Origin: Clostridia bacterium
GTDB taxonomy: Bacteria > Bacillota > Clostridia > Monoglobales > Firm-18
Reading direction: 5' to 3'
Assembly (NCBI GenBank): GCA_045660545.1
Contig: JAZREA010000005.1
Coordinates: 5,416-69,415, forward strand
Length of the DNA: 64,000 bases
The first letter of the stretch is position 1. Every line of letters starts with the position of its first letter. Shown here piece by piece: positions 38,461 through 47,035 of the stretch. Made by a program: the position numbers and the translations under genes. Below the pieces are notes generated by a model. The model had not been told where the DNA came from. It saw only the letters and a program-made list of their open reading frames with translations, and searched no databases.

Positions 38461-39186
38461 ATGAGAATTATTGTATGTGAAAACTATGAAGAGGTATCAA
38501 AGCAGGCTGCGAAGATTGTTGCCGCACAGATGACTCTAAAGCCTGACAGTATTTTAGGTCTTGCAACCGGTTCTACGCCGATTGGGCTTTACAACATACT
38601 TGCACAGATGAACAAGGACGGGGAAATAGACTTTTCGAAAATTACTACATTTAATCTTGATGAATATTATCCGATTAAACGTACAAACTCGCAAAGTTAT
38701 TACTACTTTATGAACGAAAATCTGTTTTCAAAGGTTAACATTGACCTTGCAAACACTCATATTCCTAACGGCGAAACAGAGGACCCGGCGCTTGAATGCG
38801 AAGCTTACGAAAAGAGCATCGACGAAAGTGCGGGAGTGGATTTGCAGATACTCGGAATAGGTCAAAACGGTCACATCGGATTTAACGAGCCTGATGAAAA
38901 CCTTTGCACTGTTACACATATGACAGGGCTTACACAAAACACGATTGATGCAAACGCAAGGTTCTTTGAAAAAAGAGAGGATGTTCCGACAAAGGCTTTG
39001 ACTATGGGTATCCATACGATTTTAAAGTCTAAAAAGATTTTGCTTTTGGCAAGTGGAGAGGCAAAGAGAGAGGCTGTAAGCAAACTTTTGAACGAGGATA
39101 TCACTACAAAGAATCCTGCGACTATGCTTAAAGTTCACAGCGACGTAGTGTTAATCTGCGACAAGGCTGCTTATCCTGCTGAGTAA
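38461..39186 (+). CDS. nagB: glucosamine-6-phosphate deaminase
   Basis: 241 aa; LGLATGSTPIGLY, FNLDEY, GIGQNGHIGFNEP motifs. Confidence 0.93.
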   Translation: MRIIVCENYEEVSKQAAKIVAAQMTLKPDSILGLATGSTPIGLYNILAQMNKDGEIDFSKITTFNLDEYYPIKRTNSQSYYYFMNENLFSKVNIDLANTHIPNGETEDPALECEAYEKSIDESAGVDLQILGIGQNGHIGFNEPDENLCTVTHMTGLTQNTIDANARFFEKREDVPTKALTMGIHTILKSKKILLLASGEAKREAVSKLLNEDITTKNPATMLKVHSDVVLICDKAAYPAE

Positions 39187-39202
39187 TTTGATTATTAAAA
39201 TT

Positions 39203-39239
39203 AAAAGCGTGTACCATATTACGGTACACGCTTTTTTTA
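39203..39239. terminator. bidirectional terminator between nagB and the glycosyltransferase gene
   Basis: AGCGTGTACC(39206-39215)/GGTACACGCT(39223-39232) flanked by A and T tracts. Confidence 0.85.
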
Positions 39240-39301
39240 CGCCTTTGTGCTGTGAGGTTAATACACTTTACAGCTGTAAAACGCAGTAGAAACAAGCATT
39301 T

Positions 39302-40399
39302 TTACTTTTTAAGAAGTGCGTTATATATTGCATCGAGGTTTTTAGCCATAGAGGAGGCAGAGAACTTTTCCTCAACGATTTTTGCCCCTTCATTACCCAT
39401 CGCTGACCTTTTTGACGGACTTTTTGAAAGCTCGACAATCTTTTTGGCCATAGCCTTTGCGTTGCCGTTTTCAACCACATAGCCGCTTACTCCGTCTGCA
39501 ACAACTTCCTTTGTTCCGCCGCTGTCTGTAACTACTACCGGCTTTTTAAGGCTCATAGCCTCAATTACGGAAAGAGCAAGAGCTTCTTTCTTAGAGGATA
39601 AAACGCTTATGTCTATTATATTGGTTATGTCGTTTATGTTTTCTGTATATCCTAAAAAGACCGTTTTGTCTCGAAGTGCTGACCTTTTAACCTTGGCCTT
39701 TAATTCCTTTTCGCGGCTACCTGTACCGACGATTAAAAACTTTAAGTTTTCGTTTTCCTTTACAGCGAGCTTCGCCGCGTTTAAGAAAACGTCGTGGTTT
39801 TTAACCGGTTCGAGCCTTGCTACCATTGCGGCTATTACGTCGTCCTTTGAAAAGCCCAGGCTTTCTTTAAGCTTCGCCTTTTTTTGTGCGGAGATGGGGG
39901 TTAACGGGAATATACCGTTGTAGACCAAAAAACGCTTTTTGTCTTTGATACCATCGTCTTTTAAGTTGTTGGTTACTGCCTCGGACACGCCGATTGACGC
40001 GTCGCTTAAACAGTTGTTAATTAACTTATAAACCAGGCTTTTGGGGAAGCTCTTTTTTTCTTCAAGACAATGGCGGGTATTAACCGTCTTTACACCTAAG
40101 TATTTTGCGGCTATTCTTCCGGACAAGCTCGAATGTGTGTGAACTATGTCGGGCTTTATACTGCGCATAATACGTACAAACGAAAGGACGCCTTTTACCG
40201 AAAACGACTTATCCTCAATTCCGTCAACCTCTACAACCTTGATGTCAAGCGACAAAACACGGTCCTTTAATATTGAATTGTGAGGCAGTGCTACGGTTAT
40301 GTCGTATTTTGTATTGTCGGCTGAACGCAGATAGTTTAAAAGCCAGGCGCCCGCGCCTCCGAAATTTGTATCTGTTATAACCTGAAGTATTTTAACCAT
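39302..40399 (-). CDS. GT4-family glycosyltransferase
   Basis: 365 aa; GT-B fold pattern with a C-terminal E-x7-E-like region (LALSVIEAMSLKKPVVVTDSGGTKEVV). Confidence 0.8.
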   Translation of the reverse strand: MVKILQVITDTNFGGAGAWLLNYLRSADNTKYDITVALPHNSILKDRVLSLDIKVVEVDGIEDKSFSVKGVLSFVRIMRSIKPDIVHTHSSLSGRIAAKYLGVKTVNTRHCLEEKKSFPKSLVYKLINNCLSDASIGVSEAVTNNLKDDGIKDKKRFLVYNGIFPLTPISAQKKAKLKESLGFSKDDVIAAMVARLEPVKNHDVFLNAAKLAVKENENLKFLIVGTGSREKELKAKVKRSALRDKTVFLGYTENINDITNIIDISVLSSKKEALALSVIEAMSLKKPVVVTDSGGTKEVVADGVSGYVVENGNAKAMAKKIVELSKSPSKRSAMGNEGAKIVEEKFSASSMAKNLDAIYNALLKK

Positions 40400-40697
40400 A
40401 AATTCCCTCCGCGGTCTTTATGAAAAGACTATATTATTATTCTAATCCAAAATAAAAGAATTTGCAAGCGCAAAATTAATCGGCATCATTTTATTGGCTT
40501 TTCCGATTATATATTGCGCTTTTTTTCGTATAAAAAAAGCGGAATGTGAGCCTTTTGTATGGAGAATACTCGCGATTTTACTGCATTTTTTGCCTTTTAA
40601 GTGCCTCAAAACAATGCCAATATTTGCGTAGCTTTAAGTGTTAGACTTATCAATGTACCGAGGCTCAGCAAATCGGTAAAAGAAAGGAGGTGTAAAA

Positions 40698-41324
40698 GTG
40701 AAAAAGAAGAACGAAGACTTTAAAACCGCATCCGAAATCATGACGGACATAACCGAGCAGGAGCCGGATGACAAACTGCAAAGTGAATCATACGAGGGCT
40801 ATTTGGGGATTGAATCTGAAAAGTCTGATGAGCTGGCAGAGATTGAACAGGCGGCTTCTGTTAATGACGACTTCGAGGCTTTGGACGACACGGAGCTTGA
40901 AGTGCTTTATGAAGAAGCTTTATCTGTACCGGTGGACATGAGAAACGAAAATCAGTCGGCCTTGTTGGAACAGACGAAGGAAAGGTACTTAAGGATAAAG
41001 TTTTACCGACAATTTGAAGATGCGGCCAAATGGTTTGAAACCGAGTATGATGATAAAAACTTTGAGGAAATTGTTACGAGCGATGGGTTTTTAAGGTTTG
41101 CATCGGGAGTAAAACTGCCGATAAGGGAGTTGATAAGAAGGTATATGGAAATGTATGAAAAAAACGAAGCTTATTTGGGAGCTAAAGGACCTGGCAGTGC
41201 TTCAAACGTTGGAGCAACCGCCGGGAAGGACTATTTTTCAAGAGCTGAGGTTGAAAAAATGTCCGCTGAAGAAGTAAGCAAAAATCTTGAAATTATTAAA
41301 AAATCTATGAAAAAATGGAAATAG
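40698..41324 (+). CDS. phage scaffolding-like protein (acidic N-terminus, helical C-terminus)
   Basis: 208 aa, GTG after AAGGAGG; Asp/Glu-rich; sits immediately upstream of the coat gene. Confidence 0.5.
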   Translation: MKKKNEDFKTASEIMTDITEQEPDDKLQSESYEGYLGIESEKSDELAEIEQAASVNDDFEALDDTELEVLYEEALSVPVDMRNENQSALLEQTKERYLRIKFYRQFEDAAKWFETEYDDKNFEEIVTSDGFLRFASGVKLPIRELIRRYMEMYEKNEAYLGAKGPGSASNVGATAGKDYFSRAEVEKMSAEEVSKNLEIIKKSMKKWK

Positions 41325-41338
41325 GAGGAAAATTAAAA

Positions 41339-42166
41339 ATGAGTATTAGAAATTTTGTGCCATTGGTATGGGCAAAGGAAATTGAACAAAACAGAGAAAA
41401 TATGATGGTGGCTACAAAGCTTTGTAACCGCGACTACGAAGGCGACATCAAGGAGCTGGGCGACAAGGTTAAAATCAACGGCGTTTCGCGTCCTACAATC
41501 ACCGATTATGACGATGTAAACGGTCTTGGCGACTTCGAAAGATTACAGGACCAGTCAACAATGCTTGAAATTACGGAGAGTAAGGCGTTCCACTTCTACG
41601 TTGGCGACATAGACAAGCGTCAGTCGGCAGGAAACATTATGAACGCAGAACTTAAAGAGGCGGCGGCAGCCTTGGCTGAGGTTATGGACTCTTATGTTTA
41701 TTCTCTTTATGATGAGGCGGGTATTGTTACTGAGGTTGATTCTTTGAACGAAGATAACGTTTTAAGCGTTATTAACGAAACACTGGGTAAGCTTTGGAAA
41801 AACAACGTACCTACTACGGAAACAGTTTCACTTGAAGTTACACCTGAGTTTCTTACAAAATTACAGATGGCTAAACTTTTGGTTGATACAGACAACAGCG
41901 GTGTGTTGGAGGGCGGTATTTCCCACAAATTAAAGACATTTAACATTGACGTTTACATGTCTAACAACCTTCCGAACGAAGACGGCACAGACATCTGTAT
42001 TTTAAGAACAAAGAAGGCTATTTCCTTCGCAGAGCAGCTTAAAGAAATTAAGGCTTACGAGCCGCAAAACTTCTTTGGCGAGGCTGTTAAGGGATTGCAG
42101 GTTTACGGTGCTAAGGTTATAAGACCTGATGAATTGGCGGTTATTAAAGTTGCCGCATACAACTAA
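41339..42166 (+). CDS. phage major capsid protein (P22 coat-like family)
   Basis: 275 aa from the ATG after GGAGG. The N-terminus FVPLVWAKEI...NRDYEGDIKELGDKVKING matches, from memory, the pattern of P22-coat-type capsid proteins. Confidence 0.65.
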   Translation: MSIRNFVPLVWAKEIEQNRENMMVATKLCNRDYEGDIKELGDKVKINGVSRPTITDYDDVNGLGDFERLQDQSTMLEITESKAFHFYVGDIDKRQSAGNIMNAELKEAAAALAEVMDSYVYSLYDEAGIVTEVDSLNEDNVLSVINETLGKLWKNNVPTTETVSLEVTPEFLTKLQMAKLLVDTDNSGVLEGGISHKLKTFNIDVYMSNNLPNEDGTDICILRTKKAISFAEQLKEIKAYEPQNFFGEAVKGLQVYGAKVIRPDELAVIKVAAYN

Positions 42167-42180
42167 GGAGGAGAAAAAGA

Positions 42181-42516
42181 ATGGCTAATATTACAAAGAC
42201 TTATGCTAAAAGAGACAACGCAGTTGTACTTAACAAAACAGCGGGTGTTGCAACACAGACTATTGCATGCGACACAGCTGACGAGAGAACAGCAATTATT
42301 ATAGAAAACACATCCGCAAGCGAAGCTGCTACTGTAACAGTAGTTGCGGGCAACGGTATGAGAAGCTCTATCGGTGATTTGGAAGTGGAGGTTGCTCCTT
42401 CTTCCGAAGTTGTTGTGGGTCCGCTTGACAGTATGAGGTTTAAAAATCTTGACGACGGCACAATTACAGTAAGAATAAGCGGCGGCGAAACAAAGATTAA
42501 GCCTTTTGCTCTTTAA
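42181..42516 (+). CDS. small beta-rich phage structural protein (possible decoration protein)
   Basis: 111 aa, strong SD, position after the coat gene; no family recognised. Confidence 0.4.
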   Translation: MANITKTYAKRDNAVVLNKTAGVATQTIACDTADERTAIIIENTSASEAATVTVVAGNGMRSSIGDLEVEVAPSSEVVVGPLDSMRFKNLDDGTITVRISGGETKIKPFAL

Positions 42517-42535
42517 AAATTAAACAGCTTTAATT

Positions 42536-42568
42536 CGGCCGTTCCCGTAAGTTGACGGGAACGGCTTT
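42536..42568 (+). terminator. strong rho-independent terminator inside the phage-like module
   Basis: GCCGTTCCCGT(42536-42546)/ACGGGAACGGC(42553-42563) then TTTT. Confidence 0.85.
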
Positions 42569-42604
42569 TAAAAACAGTATTTTAAAAATTGCGGAGGTGA
42601 ATTT

Positions 42605-43150
42605 ATGACATACAAAGAGAGTATAAAACAGGCGCTTTTAAAGACGGACTCGGAAGAGACGGAGTATGATGCGGCGATATTTCCTGTACTTGCAAACGAG
42701 GCGCAAATGTACATAGCAAAGTATGGAACTCATATTTGCAGGCAGGCGGAGTATGTTGTCACATCGCCATTTTGCAAGGTGGCTCTACCAAAAGATTTTT
42801 ACAGAGTTTCGCCGCCCGGGCTTGTTCACAAGGCGGACAGGCAGACTGGTGCGGAGTATTCCATTTTGGGTGATGAAATTGAGCTTTGCGAGTGCGGAGA
42901 GTTTGTTTTACATTATTACGCCCTACCTACAGACCTTACTTTGGATGACGCAGACCTTGAAACTTACGAATACGAGGTAAGGGGAGACGCCCATATTGCT
43001 ATTCCCTCGTACATAGGGTATCAGCTTGTTAAGACGGACGACGTACAGCTTGCACAGATTTTAAAAAACGAGTGGGACAAATATATGATGCTTTTCGACG
43101 ATGACAAAAAAGCTGTGCAAAAGAAAATTAAGAACGTTGTGAGGTGGTAG
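42605..43150 (+). CDS. phage head-completion/adaptor-like protein (positional call)
   Basis: 181 aa, SD GGAGGTG; occupies the slot of P22 gp4-type adaptors after the coat gene; no sequence motif recognised. Confidence 0.35.
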   Translation: MTYKESIKQALLKTDSEETEYDAAIFPVLANEAQMYIAKYGTHICRQAEYVVTSPFCKVALPKDFYRVSPPGLVHKADRQTGAEYSILGDEIELCECGEFVLHYYALPTDLTLDDADLETYEYEVRGDAHIAIPSYIGYQLVKTDDVQLAQILKNEWDKYMMLFDDDKKAVQKKIKNVVRW

Positions 43151-43152
43151 TT

Positions 43153-45111
43153 ATGGGAATAAAGTTTAAAGAGGCAGCGTTGCCTGATGTTTCTGCACTG
43201 GACTTTCGGGTTGATTACTGGGACGGCGTAAACCAAACTCGGGCGGCACAAAAAAACAGCGAGATGGCGAACTGCCAAAATATGTCGATTGACAACTTTC
43301 CTTATGCGTCGCCGAGAAAGCCGCGACAAAAACTTGTAGACGAGCAGGGAATAAAGAGGATATATAAGATAGAGGACGGCAAGATATACTGCATAGACAG
43401 TTCGGACAGGCTTTGCTATTTTAAAGACGGAGTAAAGACTATGCTTACGCCAAAGAACTTAAACGATGAGGAAGAAGAGGCCTTTGTTTACAACTGTTTT
43501 TGTACAAACAACTATGACAAAAGCTCAATATTTTATCCGCAAATGGTCTATACGGACTCGGATGGTGTTTATAGAGAAATAGGGCACAAGGTTAATTATA
43601 CTAAACAATTTTTAACCTCTGATGAATCGGATTACAAATACCATAAGGAAACGTACTTTTGGGAGCTTGAAAAACCACCGTGGGACCTTAGCGTGTACGA
43701 GGTTATGGATTTTAAGTCTGACAACATACCAATTGAAAACCTTGATGCGAGAACCTTTGGGCTTGTTTTTATTCTTGCGGACGGAGAAGAGAGCTTGCCT
43801 ATAACCGGAAACGACTGGGACCGGCCAAAGGTGAGGGCAAGAGTGTTCGACAAAAACGGAAAAATAAAGTCCTACTCAAAGCCAGGCGGATACGGAAGTA
43901 CTAAAAACGAAGACGAAACATACCAGGCGGAATGTTTTAGCGGACGGTTTGAATCTTTTAAAAATTATAACAAATGCGTTATGACAATACCGGAGGATAT
44001 AACTCTTGAAAAAGGAGATTACCTGGTATTGACTGTCGGTTTTTACGAAAGAGAAACGTTTTCGGAATCCGATACTGCGATGAGCCGCGCTGGCAGGAAC
44101 CTTAAAGCTATGCTTGAGGATGGAACACACAGCTACATCGCTGTCGGAGAACCAAAAGAGCTGAATATGTGCAACGGCAGTATGATAGATTACGGAGTAA
44201 TTTACAACAACAGAATTGTTGGTGTAAGAGGAAGTAAAATTTGTGCATCGGCTCTGGGTGATTTTTCAAACTTCTGGGAATATGTTGATGCGACAGGTAA
44301 CCCGTCTGCCACGGGTGCATACGCTACCGACGTGGGCAGTCAGGGAGACTTTACCGGTATATGTGTTTATCAGAACATGCTGCTTTTGTTTAAGAAAAAT
44401 ATTGTATATGAGATGTACGGCTCTATGCCTTATACAATTAATGAGCTTTGCTCGACAGGGTGTGTTGACAACGACAGCGTGTGCGAGATAGACGGGGTGC
44501 TTTACTGGGCTTCGCCAAAAGGGGTGGTCCGTTACAGCGGCGGTGTGCCAAGTGTGGTTTCTACAAACGTCAATATTGATACGAAAGGTCCGTGCAAGGC
44601 GGGAACGGACGGAAGAAAATACTACCTATATAATGGAGAGAAAATATATGTTTATGACACACGCTATAACGTATGGCATGCAGAGGACTCGATTAAAGTA
44701 AAGATGTTTTACGGGGATTCGACCGACCTTTACATTCTGACTGACGACGGGATTTACAAAACGTACGGTGGATTAGAGACAGTTGAATGGGAGTTTGAGA
44801 CAAAAGACTTTACATTTTCGACACAGATGAGGAAAAATCTGTCTAAGATATGGGTGAGGGCACATATGAGTTCTAACACAAGGCTTGAAGTTTACGTAAG
44901 ACAAGACGGCGGAGAGTGGAGGAGGACGGCTGTTAAGACTGCGGAAAAGGACGAGATGTTTAACTTTAAGCTGAGGGTTAAAAAGTGCGACAGTTTTGCG
45001 ATGAAGTTTGTTGGCAAAGGGGACGTTAAAATTTTGGACGTTCACGGCAGGGTGACGGTCGGAACAAACAGACACAAGGCGGGAAACAGCCTTAATATTT
45101 ACAGGAGGTAG
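43153..45111 (+). CDS. large phage structural protein with beta-propeller-like repeats (positional analogue of P22 gp10-type neck/stabilisation proteins)
   Basis: 652 aa from the ATG at 43153 after GAGGTGG; recurring YxxDG/KIYxxD and VLYWASPKGVVRYSGG-type motifs. Confidence 0.4.
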   Translation: MGIKFKEAALPDVSALDFRVDYWDGVNQTRAAQKNSEMANCQNMSIDNFPYASPRKPRQKLVDEQGIKRIYKIEDGKIYCIDSSDRLCYFKDGVKTMLTPKNLNDEEEEAFVYNCFCTNNYDKSSIFYPQMVYTDSDGVYREIGHKVNYTKQFLTSDESDYKYHKETYFWELEKPPWDLSVYEVMDFKSDNIPIENLDARTFGLVFILADGEESLPITGNDWDRPKVRARVFDKNGKIKSYSKPGGYGSTKNEDETYQAECFSGRFESFKNYNKCVMTIPEDITLEKGDYLVLTVGFYERETFSESDTAMSRAGRNLKAMLEDGTHSYIAVGEPKELNMCNGSMIDYGVIYNNRIVGVRGSKICASALGDFSNFWEYVDATGNPSATGAYATDVGSQGDFTGICVYQNMLLLFKKNIVYEMYGSMPYTINELCSTGCVDNDSVCEIDGVLYWASPKGVVRYSGGVPSVVSTNVNIDTKGPCKAGTDGRKYYLYNGEKIYVYDTRYNVWHAEDSIKVKMFYGDSTDLYILTDDGIYKTYGGLETVEWEFETKDFTFSTQMRKNLSKIWVRAHMSSNTRLEVYVRQDGGEWRRTAVKTAEKDEMFNFKLRVKKCDSFAMKFVGKGDVKILDVHGRVTVGTNRHKAGNSLNIYRR

Positions 45112-45113
45112 AT

Positions 45114-45332
45114 ATGAATATTGAAAACATTGATGTAGGTGGTATAACAGACATCGAGGGAGTAAGGAGGGTTATCGAAAAGCTTGTGGACTGCATTTTC
45201 GAGATGAACCGTGAGATTAAAAGAGAACTGGGCAATTTGACAAGCCAAAATGTGAAAAGTCTTGATTTTAATATTACAAGAGTTGAAAATGCGGACAGAG
45301 TATTTCCTGATAACGCCAAAGAGGAGGAGTGA
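45114..45332 (+). CDS. small phage-module protein
   Basis: 72 aa, SD AGGAGG, translationally coupled on both sides. Confidence 0.4.
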   Translation: MNIENIDVGGITDIEGVRRVIEKLVDCIFEMNREIKRELGNLTSQNVKSLDFNITRVENADRVFPDNAKEEE

Positions 45333-45334
45333 AT

Positions 45335-46153
45335 ATGGAAGATACATTAAGAAAATACGCAAAAAACAAATATATCTGGGAGAACGAAACGGATAAAAAC
45401 AGTGCGGTTGCCAAACAGGCTAACGCCGAAAACAAAGCTATAAGACAGCAGCTTGGAATTGCTGAGGACACTATGAATTACAAGGAGTTTGTAAGTAACT
45501 ACGTTAATACCAGCCCATATTATTCGCAGGCCTCGAAGGTAAGCGTTGACCCGAAATTCAAAAGGGAGAGCGACAGACTCTACGACGCTATTAACAATTT
45601 TAGTTACAACGCGGACAAGGACCCGACGTATAAGGCGTATTCAGACGCTGCCAAGAGGGAAAGCGATTCGGCACAAAAGCAGACGTACGCAAACCTCGCT
45701 AAAATGTCGGGAGGAAGAAACAGCTCTTATGCATCTGCGGCTATGGGACAGGTGGGGCAGGCTTATGCAAATAAGACCGCGGAGTACGCAAACACTCTTG
45801 CAAAAGAAGCGTATGATAAGCTTGTTAAGAGATACGAAATGAGCCTTCAACGTCAGAAGCAGGCAGTCGACGAGGCAAACAGTGAATACAAAAAACTTGT
45901 TGAACTGGGCGATAAAGATGTAGAGAACAAGAGGAAAGAACTTGACTACTACTACAAGATTGACGACTACCAGACAAAGCTTATTGAAAACGGTATTTTA
46001 AACCAAAAGAATATGTACGAATTTAAGCGTTGGCAAGAGGATCCGAATTATGAAATTAAGGACAAGGAACTTGCGAAGGCTATCGGCGAATATTCTGCGT
46101 ATAACTGGCTTAAAAATAACGGAACTGATTATTTTTATAACAAGTACTATTAA
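45335..46153 (+). CDS. coiled-coil-rich phage-module protein
   Basis: 272 aa from the ATG after GAGGAGGAG; Ala/Lys/Glu/Gln heptad-like central region, Tyr-rich C-terminus. Confidence 0.4.
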   Translation: MEDTLRKYAKNKYIWENETDKNSAVAKQANAENKAIRQQLGIAEDTMNYKEFVSNYVNTSPYYSQASKVSVDPKFKRESDRLYDAINNFSYNADKDPTYKAYSDAAKRESDSAQKQTYANLAKMSGGRNSSYASAAMGQVGQAYANKTAEYANTLAKEAYDKLVKRYEMSLQRQKQAVDEANSEYKKLVELGDKDVENKRKELDYYYKIDDYQTKLIENGILNQKNMYEFKRWQEDPNYEIKDKELAKAIGEYSAYNWLKNNGTDYFYNKYY

Positions 46154-46193
46154 AAAAGAGGACGGTGCGGATTAAATCCGCACCGTTTTTTTA
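46153..46193. terminator. bidirectional terminator between the phage-like module and the hydrolase gene
   Basis: ACGGTGCGGAT(46162-46172)/ATCCGCACCGT(46176-46186) with flanking A and T tracts. Confidence 0.85.
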
Positions 46194-46847
46194 TTATTTT
46201 GCAAAGACGTGCTTGCCTATTGTGGTTATAACCGGGCGTGAGTAAATCCAGCTGTTTGTCGTCTTTGCGGGGTTGTAGTAGTATATTGCGCCGCCAGTCG
46301 GGTCCCATCCGTTTAAGGCGTCCTGGGCGGCTTTGTAAGGGGTCTGGTACATTTCGGCGTCCCACTGGCCGTCACTTATGGCGGTAAAAGCACCTTCCTG
46401 GAATATAACGCCTGCTATGGTGTTGGGAAAAGAGGGGTGAGCCACGCGATTTAGCACCACCGCACCGACAGAAACCTGTCCGACGTACGACTCTCCACGT
46501 GCCTCTGCATTAATTATTCGTGCAAGGAGCCTTGCGTTGTTGTCGGAGGAGTAGTCGGAATTTGACTGAATGCCCATAGCCCTGAGCGTTTGAGAACCGG
46601 CGATTCCGTCAACTTTAAGACCGTTTTTAGACTGGAAGCTTCTTACAGCAGTGCGTGTTTTAGAACCGTAAATGCCGTCAACGTCTCCGTTGTAATAGCC
46701 CCACTGTTTAAGCTTTTTTTGAATCTGTACGACTTCGTTTCCGGAAGAACCGAACTTTGAAAGTACGCTGTCGCTTTGCATATTGAAATTTACCGCAACG
46801 TATGTGATGACTGCCAGAGAAAATATTATAAAACAAACCTTTTTCAC
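46194..46847 (-). CDS. sleB: SleB-type cell wall hydrolase (signal anchor + PG_binding_1 + Hydrolase_2)
   Basis: GTG at 46847 lies 8 nt after GGGAG and is preferred over the ATG at 46865. VVQIQKKLKQWGYYNGDVDGIYGSKTRTAVRSFQ PG-binding repeat; ARIINAEARGESYVGQVSVGAVVLNR catalytic-domain motif. Confidence 0.8.
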   Translation of the reverse strand: MKKVCFIIFSLAVITYVAVNFNMQSDSVLSKFGSSGNEVVQIQKKLKQWGYYNGDVDGIYGSKTRTAVRSFQSKNGLKVDGIAGSQTLRAMGIQSNSDYSSDNNARLLARIINAEARGESYVGQVSVGAVVLNRVAHPSFPNTIAGVIFQEGAFTAISDGQWDAEMYQTPYKAAQDALNGWDPTGGAIYYYNPAKTTNSWIYSRPVITTIGKHVFAK

Positions 46848-46973
46848 AAAAAAGTCTCCCTTCATTTTTACAAATTATGCTTGTATTTATGCGCAACTTT
46901 TATCAAAAAATACATAAGCGGTCGATATAGAGTAAAAAATACAAAATATCAATGAAAAGTTTTGTAAAAAAGG

Positions 46974-47002
46974 TTGAAATATTCGCTAAAAAATATTATA
47001 AT
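46974..47002 (+). promoter_or_regulatory. sigma-A-type promoter of lon
   Basis: -35 TTGAAA 46974-46979, 17-nt spacer, -10 TATAAT 46997-47002. Confidence 0.65.
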
Positions 47003-47035
47003 AATAGGATAGTTAAGAAATTGGGGTGAAATGCT

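Noticed and set aside
39252-39482. Short ORFs on both strands at the 3' end of the glycosyltransferase gene
   Set aside because: They overlap the well-supported GT4 CDS and the bidirectional terminator region, with no independent signals.
40400-40697. Possible degraded portal or terminase remnant, or a sporulation-sigma promoter, upstream of the phage-like module
   Set aside because: There is no ORF of 60 aa or more and no recognisable coding remnant by eye. Candidate sigma-F/G/E/K-like boxes did not fit the consensus spacing, so no call was made.
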